Shown piece by piece: positions 11,025-21,478 of a DNA stretch of 64,000 nucleotides. The stretch's first letter is position 1. Each line of letters begins with the position of its first letter. The position numbers were made by a program, and so were the translations under genes. Source of the DNA: an uncultured virus (IMG/VR IMGVR_UViG_3300032560_000008) (lineage: Duplodnaviria; Heunggongvirae; Uroviricota; Caudoviricetes); the IMG/VR virus record IMGVR_UViG_3300032560_000008; one strand, 5' to 3'. Below the pieces are notes generated by a model. The model saw nothing but the letters and a program-made list of their open reading frames with translations. It did not search any database and had not been told where the DNA came from.

Positions 11025-12845
11025 TTATACAGTCGATGTGCTAATGGTAAGGCCTGTTTCAATATCAATCTCTAGGATAGTATTCCCTGTTACAAAAATA
11101 TTTTCATTTACTGGTGAGGCATAAAATACGACACCAGCTCCACCCATAAAATCATTAATAGTAATATTACCAATGCTGATTTGACCATTTTCATAATTAA
11201 CTGTTCCTATAGCTGCATATGATTGTTGATTTGCAACAGTAATATTCTGAAGGTAGAGTTTATTTGAAGTATTTATGATTGAAAGTCCAGAGGTTGACTG
11301 TTCAAATTGGAATGTATTATTATTAGGATTGTAATCAGTAAATGAATATATCTGACCATTTGAGGTAAATTGTGATGAAAGAATAGAGCCAGGCTTAAGT
11401 GGATTCTGGAATGAAACAGAAAGAGTCTGAGAAGTATTTAAGGATGGTGATACAGACTGTTTCATCACTACAGACATTTCACATGATGAAATGCATGGAT
11501 CCTCATTATTGATTGCTTGTGTAAGTTGAGAATATTTAAACTCTGTATTGAAGTCTTCTAAGGAAGAAGAATTATAAGCAACAATAGTATTCGATGTAAG
11601 ATTCTGAATATCAACAGAAGTATATGAAGTCTGATTAGGATCATATTCTACATTTACATTCAAATCTAGATAGATGTATTCAGGATCAATCATCTTAGGT
11701 GTAATGCCAAGAGTTACTCTATCAAGAAGGAATGCTTCAATATCATTCTTTTCACCATTTGATAGATTATAACCTGCATTTGAAATGGCAGAAACAAATA
11801 CAGTTCCAAAACTTACAGTGTTTGTTGTTTCACCGCCATATGCATAACATGCACGAACATCAGGGAAATTGGCAAGAACTAGTTGTTGAAAATCATTTAC
11901 AGTGACTGCACGTTCCTGTGTCTGAAAACTTCTTGGGGCATTAAATCGGATTGACTCGATTGTTTCGGAATTAGCACCACCAAATGAATTATTTGCACTA
12001 ATAGTAGGAATGATTGCTCCACCGTAACCATTGATAACACCTATATTATCAACTAATGTAAAGTTTGAAGCTTCATTCCCATCAGTACCAGATGTGATGA
12101 CGTAATTTGCAATAATAGTAGAACCATTGGTTGGTGCTAAACCAAATACACCATCACCGAATTGTAGTTGATAATAACCATTTGCAGTGGCTTGAAGGAA
12201 ATATACAGGAGATGTATTACTTACACCAAAGAGACTTGAAGCAGGTGTATAAAGAACATTGCTTGAACCTGAATTTGCAACGACATTTACAGTGATGCTA
12301 TTTGTATCAACATTTTGATTGCTTAAGATAAACTGTTGATTCTGAATGGTAGAATCCACAACATAAGCATCTGTAACATACTTACCTTCAAACACCTGAA
12401 GATTGGCAAATGTGAAAACACCACCTGCAGGATATTGCACTAATGCTTCTTCTGTAACATACTGAAATGTTCCATTCTGATTTTTACCAGCAAAGCGTGT
12501 TCCCCGAGGAAGTTTTAATACAGAAAGATTGCTCTGAGGAAATACACAAGTCAAAAAAGCCTGTGATGAACGATATGATCTTGGAACGTAATTGAGTTCT
12601 TTTGCTTTTGAAATGACCGAACTTAATAATTGTGCAGAATCAAGGAATGATTCAGAAATTGCCATATTTAAATAGAATGCATTTAGATATGTATTATATG
12701 AAAGAACATCCAACAGCACAGATAGATTTGAACCGGAGAAATTATAATCTGCAAACTGTGGTTGACTCTGTAAAAATGAAACTAAGTTCGACTTGAGAGT
12801 GTCGAAATCAAGTGTAGCTAAAGTGATTGATGTATTTGATGCCAT
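11025..12845 (-). CDS. gp6: Baseplate wedge subunit gp6
   Basis: LDFDTLK.NL, DYNFSGS.LS.LLD.L.YNT, ESFLDSAQ, FGDGVFG and QERAVT..D motifs. Confidence 0.93.
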   Translation of the reverse strand: MASNTSITLATLDFDTLKSNLVSFLQSQPQFADYNFSGSNLSVLLDVLSYNTYLNAFYLNMAISESFLDSAQLLSSVISKAKELNYVPRSYRSSQAFLTCVFPQSNLSVLKLPRGTRFAGKNQNGTFQYVTEEALVQYPAGGVFTFANLQVFEGKYVTDAYVVDSTIQNQQFILSNQNVDTNSITVNVVANSGSSNVLYTPASSLFGVSNTSPVYFLQATANGYYQLQFGDGVFGLAPTNGSTIIANYVITSGTDGNEASNFTLVDNIGVINGYGGAIIPTISANNSFGGANSETIESIRFNAPRSFQTQERAVTVNDFQQLVLANFPDVRACYAYGGETTNTVSFGTVFVSAISNAGYNLSNGEKNDIEAFLLDRVTLGITPKMIDPEYIYLDLNVNVEYDPNQTSYTSVDIQNLTSNTIVAYNSSSLEDFNTEFKYSQLTQAINNEDPCISSCEMSVVMKQSVSPSLNTSQTLSVSFQNPLKPGSILSSQFTSNGQIYSFTDYNPNNNTFQFEQSTSGLSIINTSNKLYLQNITVANQQSYAAIGTVNYENGQISIGNITINDFMGGAGVVFYASPVNENIFVTGNTILEIDIETGLTISTSTV

Positions 12846-12851
12846 GATTTG

Positions 12852-13277
12852 TTATCGAACTCTCTGAAGATATACTGAAACAGATTGAACTTCCACACTA
12901 TTTATTATTGAAAAAACAATATTTACATATACATAGTCATTTTGAACATCTGGCGTAACAGTAACACCAAGAAGAATAATTCTTGGTTCATTCTGTGTAA
13001 GTGTATTTGTGATATGAAATTGGAGATCCTGTTGAGCTATAATATCATTTGGTTCAAAAAGAATTCTATTCACGTTCGAACCAATAGTAGGTTGAAATAG
13101 TCTTTCACCGTAATTAGTAAAAATAAGATTTTGAATAGACTGTTTAATTGATTGACTATTTGTTATTCTACCAATATCACCCGTTGCAGGATGAGGTGTG
13201 AAATCATCAAGAAAATCTGAATAAACTACAGGAGTTTTCTTTAATTGTGTTGCATAATCTGATCTTGAACCTGACAT
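12852..13277 (-). CDS. gp25: Baseplate wedge subunit gp25
   Basis: YSD, IKQSIQNLI.T..GERLFQP.IGS and EPRI motifs; directly upstream of gp6. Confidence 0.92.
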   Translation of the reverse strand: MSGSRSDYATQLKKTPVVYSDFLDDFTPHPATGDIGRITNSQSIKQSIQNLIFTNYGERLFQPTIGSNVNRILFEPNDIIAQQDLQFHITNTLTQNEPRIILLGVTVTPDVQNDYVYVNIVFSIINSVEVQSVSVYLQRVR

Positions 13278-13301
13278 TTTCTTTATCCGAATATGAGTGG
13301 T

Positions 13302-14072
13302 TTAATTATGATTGAAAGGTGAACCTGTAATACTGTATACACCGGAAGAAGTAGTATTTCCAGTTGAACACACAAGAGTAAAAGGACCATTTGGAGTATT
13401 AAGTGCAATGGAATTTGAATTGATAGTAAATGGACCATTTGGTGTATTGAATGTAATAGATTCTGCATCAATAACAAAATTTTTACATTTGATATGAAAA
13501 GAACCTGTCATATTCAATTCAACAGAACCAGATGAAGTAACAAACCAATCAGATTTAAGAATATCAGCCTTTACGCCATTGATATTAGTAACAGAATTCT
13601 GTATTATATTCTCATATTTAGAGCCTTCAGTACTAGTAGAGTAATCACCACCAATCGTTTCATGCATATCTAGTTCTGTATGAACATAGTTGTGACCGCC
13701 GATACCAGTCTGAAGATTCCCTGAGATACCTACATACTTATTTCCGTTTACCTGTTCATTCATTGAACCATCGACGTTTGTGTTTAGAACACCAGCAACC
13801 TTCACATCTTTATGACCATCAACTGTTTCGGAAATTCCATCCTTATAATAGTCGTATGCTTTTCCTACAACAGTCTTGGTCCAGTTACCAAATTTGTCGA
13901 TTTCAACATATGTTCCTGCCGTATGTGCAACTTTTAACGATTGATTGTTATCTGCATCATTGATATGGAATTCATGACCGCTTCTGGTAATTGTTGCTTG
14001 ATTGTAGGGATATGTCGTTGCAAAAATGGAATCCGGATGTTTTGCATTGAAATTATCTGATAAATCTGTCAT
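13302..14072 (-). CDS. gp5 C-terminal (beta-helix spike) portion
   Basis: YPYN...T.SGH, H..GTY.EI and repeated V.G spike repeats; follows the gp5 N-terminal gene with a 1-nt overlap. Confidence 0.75.
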   Translation of the reverse strand: MTDLSDNFNAKHPDSIFATTYPYNQATITRSGHEFHINDADNNQSLKVAHTAGTYVEIDKFGNWTKTVVGKAYDYYKDGISETVDGHKDVKVAGVLNTNVDGSMNEQVNGNKYVGISGNLQTGIGGHNYVHTELDMHETIGGDYSTSTEGSKYENIIQNSVTNINGVKADILKSDWFVTSSGSVELNMTGSFHIKCKNFVIDAESITFNTPNGPFTINSNSIALNTPNGPFTLVCSTGNTTSSGVYSITGSPFNHN

Positions 14073-15655
14073 TAACTTACACCTACACCTATTCTCATAT
14101 TTTGCATTTGTCTAGAAAGCATTAGTTGTTTACTTGCAAATCCATCAACAGCAGAGGAAATATTTCCAGTATTTAATACTACACTTTGCTTAAGCTTAGG
14201 AAGAAAATTTGAATTGATATTATCACTAATTTTAGGAAGAAACTGAGATGCAAGAACAGCAGCACCTACAATAGCAAAACCTTTACCTAGATTATTTGAG
14301 ATAATAGATCCTGCGGCATGTGAAATAGATGATGAAAATATATTAGTAAGAAATGATGATGAAAGATTTCCTGAAATTATTGATGTTTCAATTTGATTTG
14401 TAAAATGATTTTGTGTTGAAAAGAAAGATGCTTGATCAGCAGATGTATAATTTGGTTCACCATTTCTTTCTGTATATACTGGAGGATTAACACCAGTAGG
14501 ATCATTCCACACAATGAAGCCTGGATAAGGATCATTAGTTGAAAATTGTTGAACATAAGATGATGGAACATTAGAGGAATCAATTACTGCTGGTGGTATA
14601 GCAGATGTTGCTGTTTGAACACTTGCAAGAGGTTCATTGACTATAGTATCAAAAGCACTTGACACTACGGATGAAACAGCATTTGTTACGGTATTTACAG
14701 CACCAACGGCAAAACTTGTAAGTGAATTCAAACCATCTAATACTTTTGCAATAGCAAGATTTGTCTGATCTATTGCCTGCTGGTTGATTAAATTCACACC
14801 GCATATTTTTATATTTGCCAAAGCATTAAGTGCTTGACCGACTTCTGCTATTCCTGCTGCCGCGGCATTGATTAGACCAAGAACTTTAAAGACACCATAT
14901 TTTTGAGCAAGACTTAAAATAGCATTCTGTATAGAACGAATTACAATACTTTCAAATTGACCTGCAATTTTCTTAATCATTGCAAGTGCAGAATTAAGAA
15001 TATTTGTAATATTAAACATTGCCGAACCAAGGCATGAAATAGAAGCATTCAAATTATTTGGATCAACAGTTTTAAGTATAGTTAGAATGTCAGAAGTATT
15101 GTTTTTATTTGCATATGCTACAGTTGGTGTTTTGGCATTCTTCATATCCTTTTCAACTGCTTTGGTAATAATAGAACCAAGAGTATTTGAAATTGACGGA
15201 GGAACACCAGTGGAATCCAAAGATGCAACAGAAGCAGCAGATGAATTTAATTGTGATCTATAATTGACTGCTTGACCTTGTGCTCCGGGAGGAATACTTC
15301 CTACTGTTGTGTCGATTGTTGGTGCGCCGCCAGATGTTTCACCTTGAACAAGATCACCAGATTTTCCAATCGAACCTGTAATAATTGGATATTGAAAATC
15401 TGCATCAAGCCAGAAACCAATGACCTGAGAACCTTTCATAAGTCCAACAGGAGCAGTGCCCATTCTTCCTACGGCAGCAGATGTTACGGATTGTTGAGGA
15501 AGTGCCCAAGGTAATGCTGAATCAGGAATGTTTGTTGTATCGTCATGTCTTCCGTATACACGAATTTGAACACGACCAGATTGATGGGGATCCTGAACAT
15601 TTACAACTGTTGCAATAAACCAAGCAAATGGTGTTTCTCCCATATTATACATCAT
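14072..15655 (-). CDS. gp5: gp5 N-terminal OB-fold baseplate hub protein with helical extension
   Basis: WF...V.NV.DP...GRV.IR.YG.H, LPWA and GS.V.GF.LD...QYP.I.G motifs. Confidence 0.8.
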   Translation of the reverse strand: MMYNMGETPFAWFIATVVNVQDPHQSGRVQIRVYGRHDDTTNIPDSALPWALPQQSVTSAAVGRMGTAPVGLMKGSQVIGFWLDADFQYPIITGSIGKSGDLVQGETSGGAPTIDTTVGSIPPGAQGQAVNYRSQLNSSAASVASLDSTGVPPSISNTLGSIITKAVEKDMKNAKTPTVAYANKNNTSDILTILKTVDPNNLNASISCLGSAMFNITNILNSALAMIKKIAGQFESIVIRSIQNAILSLAQKYGVFKVLGLINAAAAGIAEVGQALNALANIKICGVNLINQQAIDQTNLAIAKVLDGLNSLTSFAVGAVNTVTNAVSSVVSSAFDTIVNEPLASVQTATSAIPPAVIDSSNVPSSYVQQFSTNDPYPGFIVWNDPTGVNPPVYTERNGEPNYTSADQASFFSTQNHFTNQIETSIISGNLSSSFLTNIFSSSISHAAGSIISNNLGKGFAIVGAAVLASQFLPKISDNINSNFLPKLKQSVVLNTGNISSAVDGFASKQLMLSRQMQNMRIGVGVS

Positions 15656-16887
15656 GAATTATAAGTCCCCTTAATTCCTTCTATAATGCATGTATATCTA
15701 GGTTTTTCAATTACCTGACCGATACGATGATGAATTCTTGTAATCAAAAAATTACCTGAAAGTAACGGATCCATTTTCACAGACCCAGTAAGACCTTGTT
15801 TATTTGGTATTAAACAATTTATCATTGAACCAGCAGTAAGAACAATATCACCTGGAACTCTAATTTTAATAGCATTTTGAAGAAGAAGTGCAATATATGC
15901 TTGTTTATCAGCAAGAGAACCAGGAATATTTGAATCTGGAACCTGAGAATAACTCATAGGTGATAGTGTAAATCGAGGATTTTGTGTATCAAAATAAGTA
16001 TTCATGAATGAAGTAGATATACTTTTGGCAGATGAAATGCCTGCCGTATTAAATTTTGTTGTCGATGTTTGTGCAACATTTGATGTGAATTGCTGTGTTG
16101 TGAAATTAAACACAGTAGTTCTTCTTGGACCTGCAAGATCAATTAGATCAATAGATGATAATTGTTTTGGAACAGTATATGCTAAAATATTGTTATCTTG
16201 TTGAGCAAGAATATTTGTATTGATAGCATCTGATTGTTGGAATTTCTTTACAGCATTGCCTTTGAATAATGATTCAACGGTAACAAAATTGAATTGCTGT
16301 TTTCCATTATTTCTGGATTCAAAATATACGTATGAAGATGATTGAGTATTAGCAGATACTGCTCTTTTCTTGACAAGATTGATTGCTTGATATGGAGACT
16401 TATGAGGAACTGTGATGGTCTGTGGCCCAAGAGTATCCTCGACCGTGAGTGGTTTTTGACTGTTTAAAAAGATGGAATTAGTATGAATATCTTTCACGAT
16501 ATTTGCACATGTATCTGTATAACTCTTTTGAATATAATGTGTTTTGGCAAACATTGCTTCTTGTGAAACACATTGAATAGTATACATCTTTGACTTTTGA
16601 GCACCAGCGGCTTTTACATCCGTAAGTGTATATAGAGCAAAAACAAAGGATGATTTAGTTCCACCTGGTATTGCACATGTAAAGGTAACCATTTCATCAC
16701 CTTGGATTTTCAAGGTTCCAAGTTGATCCTGAGTATCTAGAACTACAATATCTGCAACCATACCTGGAGTAAAAATACTTTCATATATTGACATTGCAAC
16801 AAATGATGTTGTAAGATCCAGGATGCCTCTTTCAGACATCACAATTAGTTTTGATACTTGAAGATCACCAGGTGTATAATTTGCCAT
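15652..16887 (-). CDS. Baseplate hub / tail protein (gp27-like)
   Basis: IYESIF, Y.YFE, VPGD..L.AG and LSGNFLIT.I.H motifs; sits between gp53 and gp5. Confidence 0.65.
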   Translation of the reverse strand: MANYTPGDLQVSKLIVMSERGILDLTTSFVAMSIYESIFTPGMVADIVVLDTQDQLGTLKIQGDEMVTFTCAIPGGTKSSFVFALYTLTDVKAAGAQKSKMYTIQCVSQEAMFAKTHYIQKSYTDTCANIVKDIHTNSIFLNSQKPLTVEDTLGPQTITVPHKSPYQAINLVKKRAVSANTQSSSYVYFESRNNGKQQFNFVTVESLFKGNAVKKFQQSDAINTNILAQQDNNILAYTVPKQLSSIDLIDLAGPRRTTVFNFTTQQFTSNVAQTSTTKFNTAGISSAKSISTSFMNTYFDTQNPRFTLSPMSYSQVPDSNIPGSLADKQAYIALLLQNAIKIRVPGDIVLTAGSMINCLIPNKQGLTGSVKMDPLLSGNFLITRIHHRIGQVIEKPRYTCIIEGIKGTYNS

Positions 16888-16888
16888 G

Positions 16889-17770
16889 CTAACTCGAAAG
16901 AAGTGCTGATAATTGGTCCGAAATGGAATTCAAATAAGTTGAATTGAGAACTTGTATTGATTTATTTGCTTCATTTAGTTCAGTTTCATAATCATAGTAA
17001 TATACAGGAGTCCAATACACAACTTCATCAGAAGGTATAGTAGTGACCAAAGATGAGGCAGAAGTAAATGCAGTATTTGTGAAACTTTGTTTGCCATAGA
17101 TATAACTTAGACTGCCGATTGTTCCAGTGGTTACAATACCAGATGTATGTTGAATATTTAAAACAGATGAGTTTGCAAAACAAACCTGACCATGACCACT
17201 GTTATTAGAATCAAATACCACATTTACAGGTTCATCTTGAATAAAAGTAGAACCATTGAATACGTTATAAGAAACAATTTGATTTGTTGTAACAATCTGA
17301 TCTGATTGCGCTCTGATATAAGATTGTGGTGTTAATGACTTATATTGGTCGACATACAATGGTTGATAGTATGTTTGGAGAGATGATGAAAGATTGTTAT
17401 AAACTGCAACGGAAATTGGATTCTGATTGATATACCAGTTGTTTCTGTAGTATTTGATCTTACTTTGTGCTAATTGGACTGATCCATATTTCTTGGAAAT
17501 ATAAGCATTGAAAGTGTCCTGATCCATATACCATTGATAATACGGATCTACTATATTATTACAGAGATATAATACCCACGAAGCATATTCATCTTCGTAA
17601 TATCTATCAGAAATGTTGTCTGGTCTTTCACTATTCTTAACATCATATTGATAATACAAGTTGGGATTATTATATACACTCTGAAGTACTGCAGCACGTT
17701 CAGTAATGTTAATAACATTCTGCCCTGCATAAATGATGATGGGAAATTTAGAAAAATATTTTTCTGACAT
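16889..17770 (-). CDS. gp53: Baseplate wedge subunit gp53
   Basis: YFSKFP, ERPD.IS..YY, W.....N.I.DPY..W, KYGS and YE.E.NE..K.I motifs. Confidence 0.88.
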   Translation of the reverse strand: MSEKYFSKFPIIIYAGQNVINITERAAVLQSVYNNPNLYYQYDVKNSERPDNISDRYYEDEYASWVLYLCNNIVDPYYQWYMDQDTFNAYISKKYGSVQLAQSKIKYYRNNWYINQNPISVAVYNNLSSSLQTYYQPLYVDQYKSLTPQSYIRAQSDQIVTTNQIVSYNVFNGSTFIQDEPVNVVFDSNNSGHGQVCFANSSVLNIQHTSGIVTTGTIGSLSYIYGKQSFTNTAFTSASSLVTTIPSDEVVYWTPVYYYDYETELNEANKSIQVLNSTYLNSISDQLSALLSS

Positions 17771-17772
17771 GA

Positions 17773-18834
17773 TTATTGACCGGAAACTTGACCAGGAACT
17801 GGACCAGGGACTGGACCAGGGACTGGACCAGGGACTGGACCAGGGACTGGACTTGAATTGTTTGGTGTAATGTTATTCACAAGTTCAGACAATATAGATG
17901 CATGTGATGTAGATCCTCCATAATCCAATTGTGTCCAAAGTTCAATTTCTTTGCATTGCATATTCAGACTTACTGCTGTAGGTGCATTGGTCTCACTAAA
18001 GAACGATGGTGTGCCACCGGCAGCATAATTGAATGATAAACTTTCTATTACTGCCGGTTTAAAAGAATATGTATATTGTGATACAGGAGAACTAAGTTGA
18101 ATTTGAACAATATTTGGATAGGTAAAAAACAAACCATCACTTGAATTTGGAACACCGGGAAGTGAATTTTGTTTTAATACAGTAATAATTTTCTGTAAAG
18201 TTTCTGATTCTGCTTTATTTGAAGGTGTAAGAAGCCATTCAAAAGAATGATTCTTGAAATTTACATTTTGAAATAATACTGTTTGGAATGGATTGATTGC
18301 AAGACCAGAAACAGCGCTAACAGCACCTGCTATTTGTGTATTAGCACTTTGCAATTTACTAATGGCTGATCCAGCAGCACCGGCCGCAACTGCTCCAGCC
18401 CCTGCTTCTAAAGCGCCTATACCTTTTTCAAAAGAAGAAAAAGAAGAAGAAGATATTCCAGATTGTGACAAACTTTGAACTGCTGCACCAACTGCTGAAC
18501 CTAAATTTTCTGTGCTATAATTTAAATGGATAGTATCCATCAGATTTTTGGGTATGGGTAAAATTATATTTGACCCGGTAGATGTCAGAGAAGCATTTGA
18601 ACCAATGGATCTTTTCTGATATTGCATGAATCTTATGGTCATTGTATAGTTATCTAAAACATCACCTGGAAATATAAGAGAAGCACCAGGAAATCCAGAA
18701 CCTTGTCCAGCAAGTTTTGCTGCGGCCGCAAATGCAGAAAGTGCAGAGACTGCACCACCTGCCGCGAAAACACCACGACCAATTCGAGCTAAATCGGAAC
18801 CTGCTGCGGATAAATATTGGAAAACTGAAGCCAT
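17773..18834 (-). CDS. gp48: Baseplate tail-tube cap gp48-like
   Basis: I.LPIP, NP....LF....F....F.W.L.P....E, YP and PT...L...F.E.E-type motifs; start at 18834 or 18840. Confidence 0.8.
   Translation of the reverse strand: MASVFQYLSAAGSDLARIGRGVFAAGGAVSALSAFAAAAKLAGQGSGFPGASLIFPGDVLDNYTMTIRFMQYQKRSIGSNASLTSTGSNIILPIPKNLMDTIHLNYSTENLGSAVGAAVQSLSQSGISSSSFSSFEKGIGALEAGAGAVAAGAAGSAISKLQSANTQIAGAVSAVSGLAINPFQTVLFQNVNFKNHSFEWLLTPSNKAESETLQKIITVLKQNSLPGVPNSSDGLFFTYPNIVQIQLSSPVSQYTYSFKPAVIESLSFNYAAGGTPSFFSETNAPTAVSLNMQCKEIELWTQLDYGGSTSHASILSELVNNITPNNSSPVPGPVPGPVPGPVPGPVPGQVSGQ
17789..17851 (-). repeat. 12-bp tandem repeat encoding (PVPG)x5 at the gp48 C-terminus
   Basis: ggaccagggact repeated on the plus strand. 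Confidence 0.9.
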
Positions 18835-18845
18835 ATACACTTCTC

Positions 18846-18871
18846 TATAAATAGTGTTTTTGATATTTATA
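18846..18871. promoter_or_regulatory. Divergent pair of T4-type late promoters (TATAAATA)
   Basis: TATAAATA on + at 18846-18853 before gp4, and on - at 18864-18871 before gp48. Confidence 0.8.
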
Positions 18872-18878
18872 TAAAACT

Positions 18879-19307
18879 ATGGCATATTCCGGAAAATTTA
18901 AACCAATTAATCCTTCTAAATATAAAGGTAACCCCACAAATATAATTTATAGGAGTTTGTGGGAATGTAAACTTATGATGAGACTTGACAAAGATCCAAA
19001 TATATTATGGTGGGGATCTGAAGAAACCATTGTCAGATATAGATCACCAGTCGATGGTAAGATACATCGTTATTTCATAGATTTTATTGTCAAAACTAAT
19101 CAAAACAAAATTCTTCTTATAGAAGTAAAACCTAAACATCAGACTATACCACCAGTCATTACAGAAGAAAAAAAGAAATCAAAGAAATATTTGAGAGAAG
19201 TAATGACGTGGGGTATAAATCAAGCAAAATGGAAAGCAGCAACGGAATACGCAAAAGACCGCGGATATGAATTTGTGATCTTTACAGAGAAAGAACTTGG
19301 GATTTAA
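18879..19307 (+). CDS. gp4: Head completion nuclease gp4
   Basis: YSGKFKP.NP.KY.G, YRSLWE, W.SEE, HRYF.DF, EVKP and N.AKW.AA motifs. Confidence 0.93.
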   Translation: MAYSGKFKPINPSKYKGNPTNIIYRSLWECKLMMRLDKDPNILWWGSEETIVRYRSPVDGKIHRYFIDFIVKTNQNKILLIEVKPKHQTIPPVITEEKKKSKKYLREVMTWGINQAKWKAATEYAKDRGYEFVIFTEKELGI

Positions 19308-19342
19308 CAATAAATAGTTCACAACTTTATTGGATTTAACTT

Positions 19343-19951
19343 TTGGCCAACGAATCTTATATCTTCACACAATTAGCACGGAAAGGCCGTGCAGAAGGTA
19401 TCACCGACGATGTTCGTCAACGTGATACAAGATCATGGTTTAGAAATGCAGCAGCAACCGTTTCGAGTGTAAACAAGAATCGGATGATGAATGATAAGGA
19501 AAATCTATATTCAAAGATAACAATGAACGATATTGGAAAAATGTATATGTATTTTTATGATCCCAAGCATAAAGATACACTTCCGTATTATGATACATTC
19601 CCGCTTATTTTCTTGGTAGGTTTTACCCATGGTGGCTTTCAAGGTATCAATCTCCATTATCTTCCACCAATTCTTAGAGCAAAACTAATGGATAGACTTT
19701 ACACCATTTCACAAGATACAAAATTTAATGCCGATACAAAATTGAAACTATCATATGAGATTTTAAATAATGCTTCAAAATTTAAATATTTTAAACCATG
19801 TTTTAAAATGTATCTACATGATCATGTAAGAAGTAATTTCTTGAATATTCAACCTAGAATGTGGGATGCAGCACTTATGCTTCCTTCTGCTCGTTTCAAG
19901 AAAGCATCAAATACAACTGTCTGGAAAGAATCACAGGAAATGGTAGGATAA
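19343..19951 (+). CDS. gp2: DNA end protector protein gp2
   Basis: GKMY.Y.YDPK.K..LPYYD.FPL, G.NLHYLP...R and C.K.YL..HV.S motifs. Confidence 0.92.
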   Translation: MANESYIFTQLARKGRAEGITDDVRQRDTRSWFRNAAATVSSVNKNRMMNDKENLYSKITMNDIGKMYMYFYDPKHKDTLPYYDTFPLIFLVGFTHGGFQGINLHYLPPILRAKLMDRLYTISQDTKFNADTKLKLSYEILNNASKFKYFKPCFKMYLHDHVRSNFLNIQPRMWDAALMLPSARFKKASNTTVWKESQEMVG

Positions 19952-19952
19952 T

Positions 19953-20579
19953 ATGGCACTTACACCCATAAGCACGGATCAAACCATTAGCGCAGATCAA
20001 GGGTTTAATATATCCAATTTTACGGAGCATTTAAATCAAACTGGCACAATTCAGACTAATAGATATTTTTGTAATTTCATGCTCCCTGCATTATTTCAGA
20101 AACAAACTAGATTTAAATTTCAATACCCATTGGATAGACTACTTCAATTTAGAGCAGAGCAAGTTAGAATTCCTGGTATTACATTGGACACTATTGACAA
20201 TCGCACGTATGGTGTAGGTATCAATAAACAATTTACAACAAATGCTAGATTTAGCAAAATGCATATTACTTTTCTAGAAAATAAAGCAAGTGATATTTTC
20301 AAACTTTTTTATCTTTGGACTACCTCTGCGTTTGATTATACCGGTATTTTTACTGGTGTTGAAAGTCAACCACAATATTCTGTGGCATATAGAAATGATA
20401 TTGTGCAAGATATATCCATTACAGTTTGTGATAATCTTGGAAATATTTCCAAGAATATAAAAGTTATTGAGGCATTTCCAACAGCTATAGATGATACAAC
20501 GGTTGATTGGAGTGATACTGATAAACTTTACAGAGTATCAGTAGAATTTTCATTTAAGAGATGGCAACTTATACAATAA
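19953..20579 (+). CDS. Tail tube initiator / tube-like protein (gp54-like)
   Basis: NRY, PG..L.T, EAFP..I and V.FSF..W tail-tube-fold motifs; lies between gp2 and gp26. Confidence 0.65.
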   Translation: MALTPISTDQTISADQGFNISNFTEHLNQTGTIQTNRYFCNFMLPALFQKQTRFKFQYPLDRLLQFRAEQVRIPGITLDTIDNRTYGVGINKQFTTNARFSKMHITFLENKASDIFKLFYLWTTSAFDYTGIFTGVESQPQYSVAYRNDIVQDISITVCDNLGNISKNIKVIEAFPTAIDDTTVDWSDTDKLYRVSVEFSFKRWQLIQ

Positions 20580-20594
20580 AAGAGAGGCTTTAGT

Positions 20595-21302
20595 ATGTTA
20601 CCTAAACTGAAATATCCTATGAATGATATTTGTATTCCATCGACTAAAAAGATGGAAACATTTCGACCTTTTCTTGTGAAAGAAGAAAAATTACTTCTTA
20701 TGGCAAAAACAAGTTCTGATCCAGCTGATTATTTCAAGGCAATCAAGCAAGTAGTAAATAATTGTGCTATTTCAGATAAATTTGATGTTGATATTCTTCC
20801 CATCTTTGATCTTGAATATCTATTTTTACGTATCAGAGCATTTTCGGTCTCAAATATTGCAAAGCTTGCCTATAAGGATAACGAAGACAATCAAGTATAT
20901 AATTTTGAAGTTGATTTGAATTCTGTAGAAGTTAAATTTCCAGAAAATGCAAATAAGAATATTAAAGTAAATAAGGATGTTGGTATTCTTATGAAATATC
21001 CTGCAGCATCACTTTTTGATGATAAGGACTTTCTAAAGAGTGGTGATAATTCATTCTATGAATTGATTGTCCGATGTATTGATAAGATTTACGATGGTGA
21101 TGAAATTTACGATCCAAAAAATTATACACCAGAAGAAATCGAAGAATTCTTGGATAGTCTAGGTGTATTGACATATCAAGAAATTATAAAATTTATGGAA
21201 TCGACTCCAAAACTATATCACAAGCTTGAATACAAAAATGCAAATGGAAAGGACAGAGTGATTGAGCTGACTACGTTATCAGATTTTTTTACGTTGGGTT
21301 AA
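20595..21302 (+). CDS. gp26: Baseplate hub assembly / tail assembly chaperone gp26
   Basis: MLPKL..P, FRPFLVKEEK.LL.A, FDLEYLFL.IRA.S and C-terminal DFF motifs. Confidence 0.9.
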   Translation: MLPKLKYPMNDICIPSTKKMETFRPFLVKEEKLLLMAKTSSDPADYFKAIKQVVNNCAISDKFDVDILPIFDLEYLFLRIRAFSVSNIAKLAYKDNEDNQVYNFEVDLNSVEVKFPENANKNIKVNKDVGILMKYPAASLFDDKDFLKSGDNSFYELIVRCIDKIYDGDEIYDPKNYTPEEIEEFLDSLGVLTYQEIIKFMESTPKLYHKLEYKNANGKDRVIELTTLSDFFTLG

Positions 21303-21478
21303 GCCATAATACACTTGAAAACTTTTACCTTACTAATTTTTCACTCATACAACACCATAAGTATTCATTGAGTGAAATTGAGGATATGATGCCATTTGAA
21401 CGTGATTTCTTTGTTGATATGCTTCTGAAATATTTAAAAGATCTTGAAGAACAAAGAAGGAATTTATCTGGTGGCTAA
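21284..21478 (+). CDS. gp51: gp51-like frame lacking an upstream start codon, probably expressed as a gp26-gp51 fusion by slippage
   Basis: The -1 frame reads LSHNTLENFYLTNFSLIQHHKYSLSEIEDMMPFERDFFVDMLLKYLKDLEEQRRNLSGG*; HHKYSL.EIE.M.P.ER is the gp51 signature; T7 run at 21284-21290. Confidence 0.8.
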   Translation, partial: FFYVGLSHNTLENFYLTNFSLIQHHKYSLSEIEDMMPFERDFFVDMLLKYLKDLEEQRRNLSGG

